From Smithellaceae bacterium (GTDB taxonomy: Bacteria; Desulfobacterota; Syntrophia; Syntrophales; Smithellaceae), in NCBI GenBank assembly GCA_963667845.2, contig CAXXVL010000002.1, positions 384,001 through 448,000 of the forward strand: 64,000 nucleotides of DNA, given 5' to 3'. How positions within the stretch are numbered: the stretch's first letter is position 1; each line of letters starts with the position of its first letter. Made by a program: the position numbers and the translations under genes. Positions 49,800 to 58,456 of this stretch are shown in pieces. The notes below the pieces were generated by a model. It saw nothing but the letters and a program-made list of their open reading frames with translations, had not been told where the DNA came from and made no database searches.

Positions 49800-51260
49800 A
49801 TGGGAAAGACCAGGAAAGACTCGGATCAATCCGGAAAAGACATCATCAAGGCCCCGAGACAATGGCTGAGGCACATCTTTGAACACTCTCCCGCATTAGT
49901 TTGCGTCATGGATTACAACGGTGTTTTCCTTGATATCAATGAGGCGGGCGTTAAAATGCTGGGCGGAAGTTCGAGAAATGATTTCATCGGGAAACTCTCC
50001 ATCGCCGCTTTCTATGCTGATCCGGACGACATCACCCGGTTTCAGGGGATCGTCGCACGCTGCGGAGTTATCCGGGAGTTTGAAGCCCGCCTGCGATGCA
50101 TCGACGGAAAAATAATTGACGTCCGGATAACCGGTGCCGCCCGCCGCAGCGTAAAAGGCGACATTATCGGTTACGAAGCATTCATTATCGATGTGACCGA
50201 CAGGAAAACGGCTGAACAGGCTCTCCGGGAATCGGAAGAAAAATACCGTACGGTTGTGGAGACCTCCCTGACGTCTATCGTCGTGCACCAGGAAGGACGT
50301 ATCAAATTCGTCAACCAGCGGTTCGCCGACATGCTCGGTTTTGACAAGCCGGAAGACATCCTGGGCCATTATTTTTGGGAGTTTGTGCATCCGGATGATC
50401 GGGCCATGGTCAGAGAAAGAGGAATGATGCGGGAAGGCGGACATCTTAAACCCGAACACTATATTTACCGGTACACGGAAAAAGACAGCAAGGCGGTAAA
50501 ATGGGCGGAGCTGCGCGCGACACATGCCATGTATATGGGTAAACCGGCAGTCATATCTAATTTTATCGACATCACCAAGACGAAGAAAGCTGAAGAGGAG
50601 ATCCGCCAGTTATCGGGGCGACTGGTTAAAGTCCGGGAAGAGGAGAGAAAGAAGGTGGCGGCGGATCTTCATGATGAATTGGGGCAGATCCTGACCACCA
50701 TGCATTTCGGACTTGATGATCTGCAAAGAACCATTCCGTCCGACGCTGCCGGGCAGAAGGAACGCTGTGAAGAACTCATCCGCAGTGTCGAACGGATGGC
50801 GAACGTCGTGCGCAAAACAACATCCTTTTTGCGCCCTATCCTCCTGGACCAGATGGTTTTGATTCCGGCTCTCAAAAGATATATCCGTGAATTTAAAGAG
50901 CACCGGCCCGACATTCACTTGAATTTCGAAGCTCTTGGTTTCAAAAACCGTCTGAATCCTGAAGTTGAACTGGCGATCTACCGCATATTTCAGGAAGGCC
51001 TGACGAATATCGTCAAACATGCCGAGGCGACCGAAGTTGAAATCATTCTGACATACAGCCATCCACATGTTATTTTGACGATCAGGGACAACGGCCTGGG
51101 TTGCGGAGGCGGTCCGCAGAAAAAGAGGAAAGTTGCAAAAAGAAACGAAGGGATCGGGCTGATCGGCATGCGGGAGCGCGTCGTATCTCTTGGCGGGTCG
51201 CTTGAAGTATCCACAGCCCCGGGCAAGGGAATGACGATCCGAGCGGATATCCCGGCTTAG
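49800..51260 (+). CDS. cytoplasmic double-PAS histidine kinase (HisKA_3, NarX/UhpB type)
   Basis: Two PAS/PAC domains, ADLHDELGQ, QEGLTNIVKHA, DNGLG, GIGLIGMRER. Confidence 0.92.
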   Translation: MGKTRKDSDQSGKDIIKAPRQWLRHIFEHSPALVCVMDYNGVFLDINEAGVKMLGGSSRNDFIGKLSIAAFYADPDDITRFQGIVARCGVIREFEARLRCIDGKIIDVRITGAARRSVKGDIIGYEAFIIDVTDRKTAEQALRESEEKYRTVVETSLTSIVVHQEGRIKFVNQRFADMLGFDKPEDILGHYFWEFVHPDDRAMVRERGMMREGGHLKPEHYIYRYTEKDSKAVKWAELRATHAMYMGKPAVISNFIDITKTKKAEEEIRQLSGRLVKVREEERKKVAADLHDELGQILTTMHFGLDDLQRTIPSDAAGQKERCEELIRSVERMANVVRKTTSFLRPILLDQMVLIPALKRYIREFKEHRPDIHLNFEALGFKNRLNPEVELAIYRIFQEGLTNIVKHAEATEVEIILTYSHPHVILTIRDNGLGCGGGPQKKRKVAKRNEGIGLIGMRERVVSLGGSLEVSTAPGKGMTIRADIPA

Positions 51261-51274
51261 CTTAAGGGACAGGT

Positions 51275-51946
51275 GTGATGAAAAAAATCAAAGTATTGGT
51301 GACCGACGACCATGACATCGTCCGGGATGGCTTAAAACAGCTCCTCAACAGTCAGGCAAACATGGAAGTAATCGGAGAGGCCAGCGACGGCCGGGAGGCC
51401 CTGGAAAAAATCAAGCTGCTCCATCCGGATGTTGTCTTGCTGGACATTACGATGCCGAACATGACCGGATTGGAGGTCGTCAATCTCATCCGCAATATCA
51501 CGCCGAAAACAAGGATTGTGGTGTTTTCCATGCATGCCAAGGAAAGTTATGTCAAAGAGATTCTCGCGGCAGGAGCATTCGGCTATGTCCTCAAAGCATC
51601 TCCCAGTTCCGATATTCTGACAGCCATCGGGGCGGCCTTCCGGGGAGAGTATTTTCTCAGTTCCAAATTGAAGGCCGAGGTTATCGATAAATACGTCAAG
51701 GGTCAGACAGGAACCCCTTCCGTCAGCGGTTACGATCTGCTGACCGAGCGCGAACAGCAGGTTTTTCGTCTGGTGGCTCAGGGACATTCCACAGACCGGA
51801 TTGCCGATCTGCTTTTTATCAGTCCCAAGACGGTAGAAAAACACCGGACCAGTATCATGCGCAAACTCGATATTCATGATCGGTTCGAACTCTTGAAATA
51901 TGCGATTAAAATAGGCGTTGTCGATCCCGAACTTTGGGAAGAATAG
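51275..51946 (+). CDS. NarL/LuxR family response regulator
   Basis: DDH, LLDITMP, LTEREQQV, ISPKTVEKHR. Confidence 0.93.
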   Translation: MMKKIKVLVTDDHDIVRDGLKQLLNSQANMEVIGEASDGREALEKIKLLHPDVVLLDITMPNMTGLEVVNLIRNITPKTRIVVFSMHAKESYVKEILAAGAFGYVLKASPSSDILTAIGAAFRGEYFLSSKLKAEVIDKYVKGQTGTPSVSGYDLLTEREQQVFRLVAQGHSTDRIADLLFISPKTVEKHRTSIMRKLDIHDRFELLKYAIKIGVVDPELWEE

Positions 51947-52333
51947 GAAATTCGCCTCTCTCGTCCTGCGGTCTCTTCCCTACGCTTAGGCCATTGTTCC
52001 CATTGTATTAAATGCATTTTGGCAGGGTTACTCCCCATATGAAAAGTAGGGGCACCCTCCAGTTCATATGGGGTTTATACCTGATTGTTTCTTCCCGGGA
52101 AATATCTTACAAACTGTGCAGAAGAGAAAACCCCTCTAAGCCAATAAAAATAAGGAGGGTATAAAACGGACCGGAGCGTTGCGGAAGGACCTTTTCTTCG
52201 GCGGCGATTGTCGGAATCCCTGACAACATGTCCCATCATTGAAATTTGAAAATGGCTCACCAGGCACCGATCAAAATTTTCAAGATCGATGGAGGATGTT
52301 AATAAATTGAAGAATTTTCAAAAGGAGGTTTAA

Positions 52334-53815
52334 ATGAAGTATATGACGAAAAGATTATTTGTTTTGTTGGGCCTGCTCTGCCTTTTATCTTTAGTCGTCG
52401 GGAGCCCGTCCACGACTTTCGCGGCTAAGGCGCAAAAGGCCGGCAAGGAGGCAAAGGCCGATCCGTCGGATAAATTGGGCAAGCCGAATGCGGCTTTTGA
52501 CATCAATAAAATGTCCGATATGTCGGACTTTGATCCGGCCAACCCGGTGATCCCCACCGGCGATGTCATCAAGATCGCCCATGTGGCGCCCTTTTCCGGG
52601 CCGGGCGCCATCAATGGGGAACTCCACTATGCCCCGATGCTCTGGGCTGTGCACGATATCAATAAGCGCGGCGGCATCTGGGTGGACGGCAAGAAGAAAA
52701 AGATCGCCCTCATCAAGGCCGACTCCATGTCCAAACCCGACCAGGCCAAAAAGATCTGCGAGCGGATGATCCTGCAGGAGAAAGTCCAGTTCCTGGTGGG
52801 CACATCCGGCAGCAATATCATGAAGGTCATGAACGAAACGGGCGCCAAGTATAAGGTCATTGTCATGAACGAAGGCGCGCTGTCCGATGATCTCATGGAC
52901 GCCGGAAATTTCAGCCCCTATGCCTTCATGTCTTCGGCCTCGACGGAGCAGATTGGACGGGGACTGGCCTATTACTATGGACAGATCCGGAAGAAGGAAA
53001 AGAAATTTTACATCATCGGTCAGGATTACTCATTCGGCCATGCCCTGGGCGATGGATTCAAAAAAGGCCTGAAAGAGTATTATCCCGAAGCTCAGATCGT
53101 CGGCGAAGATTATCATAAGCTGTTTCTGACGGATTTCGCACCGTATCTGGAAAAGATCAAAGCCTCCGGCGCCGAAGTCATTTATACCGGCGACTGGACC
53201 CCTGATTCGGGCAATCTCTTAAAGCAGGCCAGACAGATGGGCATCAAACTTCCTTTTGCCAATCTGTTCATGAATGAACCCAATGAACTCCATCAGGTCG
53301 GTGTGGAGGGAACCGCCGGACTGGTTAATATCGATCAGCATGACGTGACACCGGCTTTCAAATATCCCGGTTATGACAAATTTCACAAGGCATGGAATAC
53401 GCAGTGGCAGACAAAGTGGAAGACACAGCCTTTCAACAGCCGAGTCATGGAACACGGCAATTCCAATCTCGGTTCCTATATGATGCAGATGTACTGGCTG
53501 CTTTCGGTTATCGAGCGGGCCAAGAGCACCAATGCGGAAAAGATCATCAAAGTATGGGAGGGCGATACGTACCGGTTTGCCAACGGCCATATCATAAAAA
53601 TGCGGGCCTGCGACCACAAGGCTGTACAGAATCTGCTTGTCACCGAATATGTACCCCCGGAGCAGCAAAAGGCGTCTTTCAACATTCCCCCGTATTACTG
53701 GTTTAAGGGGTGTTCTTCAGCCGGACCGGGCTGGATTATTCCCGCCGGAAAGGTGCTTCCCCAGATGGATCAGAAGTCGGATCGCTGTAAGGGAAAGAGC
53801 GATTGGGGAGAATAA
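52334..53815 (+). CDS. type 1 periplasmic solute-binding protein (LivJ/branched-chain family), orphan
   Basis: Signal peptide, IKIAHVAPFSGP, DINKRGGI, QDYSFG, DFAPYLEKIKASGAE, MRACDH. Confidence 0.85.
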   Translation: MKYMTKRLFVLLGLLCLLSLVVGSPSTTFAAKAQKAGKEAKADPSDKLGKPNAAFDINKMSDMSDFDPANPVIPTGDVIKIAHVAPFSGPGAINGELHYAPMLWAVHDINKRGGIWVDGKKKKIALIKADSMSKPDQAKKICERMILQEKVQFLVGTSGSNIMKVMNETGAKYKVIVMNEGALSDDLMDAGNFSPYAFMSSASTEQIGRGLAYYYGQIRKKEKKFYIIGQDYSFGHALGDGFKKGLKEYYPEAQIVGEDYHKLFLTDFAPYLEKIKASGAEVIYTGDWTPDSGNLLKQARQMGIKLPFANLFMNEPNELHQVGVEGTAGLVNIDQHDVTPAFKYPGYDKFHKAWNTQWQTKWKTQPFNSRVMEHGNSNLGSYMMQMYWLLSVIERAKSTNAEKIIKVWEGDTYRFANGHIIKMRACDHKAVQNLLVTEYVPPEQQKASFNIPPYYWFKGCSSAGPGWIIPAGKVLPQMDQKSDRCKGKSDWGE

Positions 53816-53837
53816 TCGCCGTCTCCAAATGTTAGAA

Positions 53838-53878
53838 CAAACCGGCGTGCAGCCTGGTTTTGCTGCACGCCGGTTTTA
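53838..53878 (+). terminator. rho-independent terminator
   Basis: aaaccggcgtgcagc...gctgcacgccggtttt. Confidence 0.8.
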
Positions 53879-54036
53879 ATAGAAAAAGGCGAATGCGGTT
53901 TTTGCAAAAATATCCTGAGGTCAAATAGTCTTTCTTCTCTCCATTCAGCCGGAGACCGCCCCCCGGTTCGCTATCCGCTTCAAGAAGAATACTTTTCTAT
54001 TATTCACAAAGCACCACCTGCAAGGAGTCAGTATTT

Positions 54037-55083
54037 ATGAGCAACAAAGTCGATAAACGAATGAGCGCCCGGGAAGCCATCGCCGAATATGTCCATGACG
54101 GCGATACGCTCATTATTGGAAATTACACCCTCTGCATGGCCTGCGGCCTCATCTATGAAATCGTGAGGCAAAAGAAGAAAGGGCTGACGCACTGTTCCCA
54201 GTCCGGTCATGTCATTGACGAGGTACTGGTTGCGGGAGGGTGCGTCGAGAACCTGGTCACCGCTTATGTGATCAACGCGGGCGGCACGGAAGGCGGTTCG
54301 GCCGTAGCGCGGGCCTGGAAAACAGGGAAACTGCAGCTCGAGGACTACACCAACTTTAACTACAATGCGCGATTGACCGCAGGGATGCACGGATTCAGCT
54401 TCATGCCCGTTTTTGAAGGCATCATCCATACGGATCTTTTCGAGAAGCGCGGTTTTATGGGCGACAATAAATATAAGGTCATCACCTGCCCCTTCACCGG
54501 CAAAGACACGGTTCTTGTCCCGGCTCTCAATCCGGATGTCTGCGTGATTCATGTGCAGCGCGCCGATAAATTCGGCAACGCCCAGTATTGGGGCGCTATG
54601 GGAAGCGTGCAGGCGGCGGCCCTGGCCAGCAAAAGGATCATCGTTTCCTGCGAAGAGATTGTGGAACACGATGTCATTCAGGCGAGTCCTCACTTTACGA
54701 TTATTCCCGCTTTCCGTGTTGACGCGGTTGTGGAAATGCCCTGGGGAGCCCATCCTTCGGATGTCGTCGGTTATTACAACTCGGATCGCCTGGCCTTTGC
54801 TCTTTTTATGCAGGCACTGCAGTCGGAGGCGGCAACCAATGCCTGGCTTAGCGAGTGGGTTTACGGGTGTCAGGATCATAATGCCTACATCAAACATCAC
54901 ATCGATCGGTTTGGATTAGAGTTGATGAACAGTATCAAGGCCCGGGCCTTCTATTCGGCGCCGGCAAACTACGGAGCGGCCTTTACCTCCGTTTGGGATG
55001 AACATAACCGCGAAAGAACCATGGACGTTACCCTGGAAGAACTTGAGCAAGTCATGAAGGAGAAGGGGGTGCTTTATGAGTAA
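54037..55083 (+). CDS. family I CoA-transferase subunit A (glutaconate CoA-transferase-like)
   Basis: EAIAEYVHDGD, CPFTG, VPALNPDV, HVQRADKFGN, SCEEIV, PWGAHP. Confidence 0.88.
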   Translation: MSNKVDKRMSAREAIAEYVHDGDTLIIGNYTLCMACGLIYEIVRQKKKGLTHCSQSGHVIDEVLVAGGCVENLVTAYVINAGGTEGGSAVARAWKTGKLQLEDYTNFNYNARLTAGMHGFSFMPVFEGIIHTDLFEKRGFMGDNKYKVITCPFTGKDTVLVPALNPDVCVIHVQRADKFGNAQYWGAMGSVQAAALASKRIIVSCEEIVEHDVIQASPHFTIIPAFRVDAVVEMPWGAHPSDVVGYYNSDRLAFALFMQALQSEAATNAWLSEWVYGCQDHNAYIKHHIDRFGLELMNSIKARAFYSAPANYGAAFTSVWDEHNRERTMDVTLEELEQVMKEKGVLYE

Positions 55084-55891
55084 GCCCTACACATTGAATG
55101 AATTGTTGATCATCGCCATCGCCAAAGAAATACATGATTACGAAAATGCCGTACTGGGCGTCGGAATTCCCATGACGTCGGGGGCGCTGGCGAAAGCCCT
55201 GTTTGCTCCTCATGCGACTCTGATGATGGAATCGGGAATCATTGATTTCGAACCGACGGTTCCGTTGAATCATATTGCGGATTGTCTGTCCTGCCGTGGT
55301 TTTTCTTATTCTACCGATCTCTTTTCCGCTTTTACGATGACCTACCGCGGTTTCGTGGACGTCTGTTTTCTCGGTGTAGCCCAGGTGGACAAATACGGAA
55401 ACCTGAATACCACCGTGATCGGGGATTATTATAATCCGACCATGCGGCTGCCTGGTTCGGGGGGCGCCGCCGATTTTATCTCTTATGCCAAGCGAACCAT
55501 TCTCACCATGCGCAGCGGGGAATTCGTCGAGAAGCTTCTTTACCGCACATCTCCGGGCTATCTGGATGGCGGCGACAGCCGGGACCGTTCCGGACATTTC
55601 CCCCCGGGGACCGGCCCGACCAAGCTGATCAGCACACAGGGAATTTTTGAATTTGATCCGACAACCAAAGAAATGTATCTGGCGAAGGTGCATCCCGGGG
55701 TCAGCGTTGATAAAATCAAGAAGAAGATTCCCTGGGATCTGAAGGTGTCCCCGGATCTGACCGAAACGGACAGGCCGACGGACGACGAGATCGATTTTAT
55801 CCGGCGGTTTGCCCCCACGGAGTCTGTCGGCAAAAATATCGCTGTTGAACTGGCCATCGCCAAGATGATGAAACGGACGCAGGTCCAGTAA
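55076..55891 (+). CDS. family I CoA-transferase subunit B (glutaconate CoA-transferase-like)
   Basis: GVGIP, MESG (catalytic Glu), FLGVAQVDKYGNLNTT, LPGSGGA, TSPG, HPGV. Confidence 0.88.
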   Translation: MSKPYTLNELLIIAIAKEIHDYENAVLGVGIPMTSGALAKALFAPHATLMMESGIIDFEPTVPLNHIADCLSCRGFSYSTDLFSAFTMTYRGFVDVCFLGVAQVDKYGNLNTTVIGDYYNPTMRLPGSGGAADFISYAKRTILTMRSGEFVEKLLYRTSPGYLDGGDSRDRSGHFPPGTGPTKLISTQGIFEFDPTTKEMYLAKVHPGVSVDKIKKKIPWDLKVSPDLTETDRPTDDEIDFIRRFAPTESVGKNIAVELAIAKMMKRTQVQ

Positions 55892-55974
55892 AGATGAAAA
55901 GCTCAATCCCGGCTTGATGTAGAGAGCCCGCATGGCTGCCGGATAAATCAAAAGTACAAAACAAATTGCCCTGG

Positions 55975-56000
55975 GGCGGGCGGGATCATACCCGCCCGCA
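55975..56000 (+). terminator. hairpin after the CoA-transferase operon
   Basis: gcgggcggg-atcata-cccgcccgc; weak U-tract. Confidence 0.5.
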
Positions 56001-56127
56001 CTATTTCGCCATCCGTCATAACAATCATCCTGAGTTCCCGTCTCCCGTCAAAGATATTTATTTTTCCCCTCAAGTGTGGTTAGATAACGCGTCTCACGTG
56101 GGATGAACGACGCGATGGAGCAACCGG

Positions 56128-57636
56128 ATGAACCACAAAAAAAAATCAAAAGAAGAATCAATCGATCAGACTAAATCGTCGCCCGGACCGCCCCCTGCCG
56201 GCGGCCCCCAGCGGATCAGGGAAGCCTCGGGAGAGGATCTGTATAAAATTCTGGCGCAGTCCTCCCAGGTGGGATTCTACATCATGCAGGAGAGCCAATT
56301 CCAATTCATCAATTCCCACTTCCGGGAGTATGCGGGCTACACCGAAGACGAGCTGCTGAAGATGAGCCCTCAGTCGCTGATCCTGCCGGAGGACCGGCGC
56401 AAAACGGCCAAGAATGCAATCATGATGCTCAAGGAGCAGCGCTTTTCGCCCTACGAATTCCGCATTGTCACCAAAGAAGGACGCGTCAAATGGATCATGG
56501 AAACCGTCATGTCGATTACCTACAAGGGACGGCAGGCCATTCTCGGCAATTCCATGGACATTACCGAACGCAAGGAGGCGAGCCGCAGGCTCGAAGAGCT
56601 CGAAGCGCTGGAATCATCAATCCTCGACGCGATCCCCCAGGCCGTCCTCGGGCTCCACGAACGGCGCATCAACTTTGCCAATCACGCCGTCAAGCTGATC
56701 TTCGGCTGGCACCGCGAGGAACTCATCGGCAAGAGTATCCGCATGATCTACCGCAACGAGGAGGAGGCGGATACCGTCGGCCGGATCTTCTATTCCAGCC
56801 TCGAGCATCAGCGGACCTATGAAACGGAATTCCCCTGCCTGCGCAAGGACGGCACAGAAATTCTCTGCCGGATGAAGGCGTCACGCATCGGGGAAAAACT
56901 GCGTGAGAAGCGCATCGTCGTCACGTATGAGGACGTCACCGCTGAAAAAAAGGCGCAGGAGGACCTGAAGCGCTCGCGCGAAGAACTGCGGAATCTTTCC
57001 ACTCATCTTCAATTTGTCCGTGAGGAAGAGAGCACGCGCGTCGCGCGGAAGATTCACGATGAACTGGGACAATCCCTCACCGCGCTGCAGATGGATTTAT
57101 CCTGGCTCACCAACCATCTGTCGACCGGTGACAAAGGCATCCGGGAAAAAACCAAGAGCATGTCGGATCTCGTCGATGCCACAATTGAGAGCGTTCACAA
57201 CATTTCGACGGAATTGCGGCCCAGCCTGCTCGACGACCTGGGGTTGCCCGCCGCCATCGAATGGCAGGCCGCCGATTTTCAAAAACGTTCCGGGATCCGC
57301 TGCCAGGCCCATATCGTCGGCCAGAAAAGCGTGATCGACAAAGAACTGTCCACGGCCGTCTTCCGTATTTTTCAGGAGACGCTCACCAACATCGCACGAC
57401 ACTCCAGGGCCACCTTGTGCAAGGTCAGCCTCACGGAAAACGAAAAAGAACTGTGCCTGGAGGTGATGGACAACGGCGTCGGCATCACCCAATGGCAGGT
57501 GGACGATCCGCGCTCCTTCGGGATGATCGGCATGCGCGAGCGCGCCCATCTCTGGGGCGGCACGGTTCACGTCCGCAACGCCAAACCTTCCGGAACAACC
57601 GTAAGAGTACTGATACCCCTCTTACAAAGGAGATAG
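56128..57636 (+). CDS. cytoplasmic double-PAS histidine kinase (HisKA_3)
   Basis: Two PAS domains, IHDELGQSLT, LRPSLLDDLGL, QETLTNIARHS, DNGVG, GMIGMRER. Confidence 0.92.
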   Translation: MNHKKKSKEESIDQTKSSPGPPPAGGPQRIREASGEDLYKILAQSSQVGFYIMQESQFQFINSHFREYAGYTEDELLKMSPQSLILPEDRRKTAKNAIMMLKEQRFSPYEFRIVTKEGRVKWIMETVMSITYKGRQAILGNSMDITERKEASRRLEELEALESSILDAIPQAVLGLHERRINFANHAVKLIFGWHREELIGKSIRMIYRNEEEADTVGRIFYSSLEHQRTYETEFPCLRKDGTEILCRMKASRIGEKLREKRIVVTYEDVTAEKKAQEDLKRSREELRNLSTHLQFVREEESTRVARKIHDELGQSLTALQMDLSWLTNHLSTGDKGIREKTKSMSDLVDATIESVHNISTELRPSLLDDLGLPAAIEWQAADFQKRSGIRCQAHIVGQKSVIDKELSTAVFRIFQETLTNIARHSRATLCKVSLTENEKELCLEVMDNGVGITQWQVDDPRSFGMIGMRERAHLWGGTVHVRNAKPSGTTVRVLIPLLQRR

Positions 57637-57642
57637 ACAAAC

Positions 57643-58275
57643 ATGATACGCATACTGGTTGCTGATGACCACGCCGTGGTGCGCCAGGGCGTGGTGCAGA
57701 TCCTGGCGGATGTTAAAGATATGCTGGTCAAGGATGAAGCACAAAACGGAGCTGAGACGCTCGATAAGATTTTGAAGTATGAGTATGACGTAGTCCTGCT
57801 CGATATCTCCATGCCGGGCCGCAGCGGGCTGGAAGTTCTGGAGGATATTAAAGCCCAGCGTCCGAAGTTGGCCGTGCTGATTCTGAGTATGCATCCCGAG
57901 GAGCAATATGCCGTGCGGGCGCTGCGCGCCGGCGCATCGGGCTATCTCACCAAGGCCAGCGCGCCTAATGAACTGATCGGCGCCATCCGCAAGGTGGCGA
58001 GCGGCGGGAAATATGTGACCGCGTCGCTTGCGGAAAAACTGGCCGACGAGCTGGATCTCGATACGCAAAAGCTGCCCCACGAAAGGCTTTCCAACCGCGA
58101 ACACCAGGTCATGCTGATGCTCGCTTCCGGTAAGTCCGTTTCCGATATCGCCGAAGAACTCTGCTTGAGCGTTAAAACCATCAGCACCTACCGCACCCGC
58201 GTGATGTCCAAGATGGCCATGAAAAAGAACGCCGAGTTAACGCTTTACGCCGTTCACAACAAACTAATCAATTAA
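57643..58275 (+). CDS. NarL/LuxR family response regulator
   Basis: ADDH, LDISMP, LSNREHQV, LSVKTISTYR. Confidence 0.93.
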   Translation: MIRILVADDHAVVRQGVVQILADVKDMLVKDEAQNGAETLDKILKYEYDVVLLDISMPGRSGLEVLEDIKAQRPKLAVLILSMHPEEQYAVRALRAGASGYLTKASAPNELIGAIRKVASGGKYVTASLAEKLADELDLDTQKLPHERLSNREHQVMLMLASGKSVSDIAEELCLSVKTISTYRTRVMSKMAMKKNAELTLYAVHNKLIN

Positions 58276-58292
58276 ATCCGTCCTTTGCTGTT

Positions 58293-58358
58293 TGTCGGAC
58301 AAAATCCGTCACAGCACCCGGGCATAATTCCGACACATAAATCAGCCCTGGGCCGATA
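58293..58358 (+). promoter_or_regulatory. three phased imperfect palindromes (TGTCGGA-N5-TCCGACA-like), candidate response-regulator sites
   Basis: tgtcggacaaaatccgtca, cccgggcataattccgaca, aatcagccctgggccgata, spaced 23-24 bp. Confidence 0.5.
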
Positions 58359-58456
58359 TTTTCTTTTGAATGCCTGTGTTAGTCCAGTATCGGGTCCGAA
58401 TGTGTTGTCGCTATGATGCGGCAAATAGAGATGCGGACAAATAAGGGGGAAGCTTT

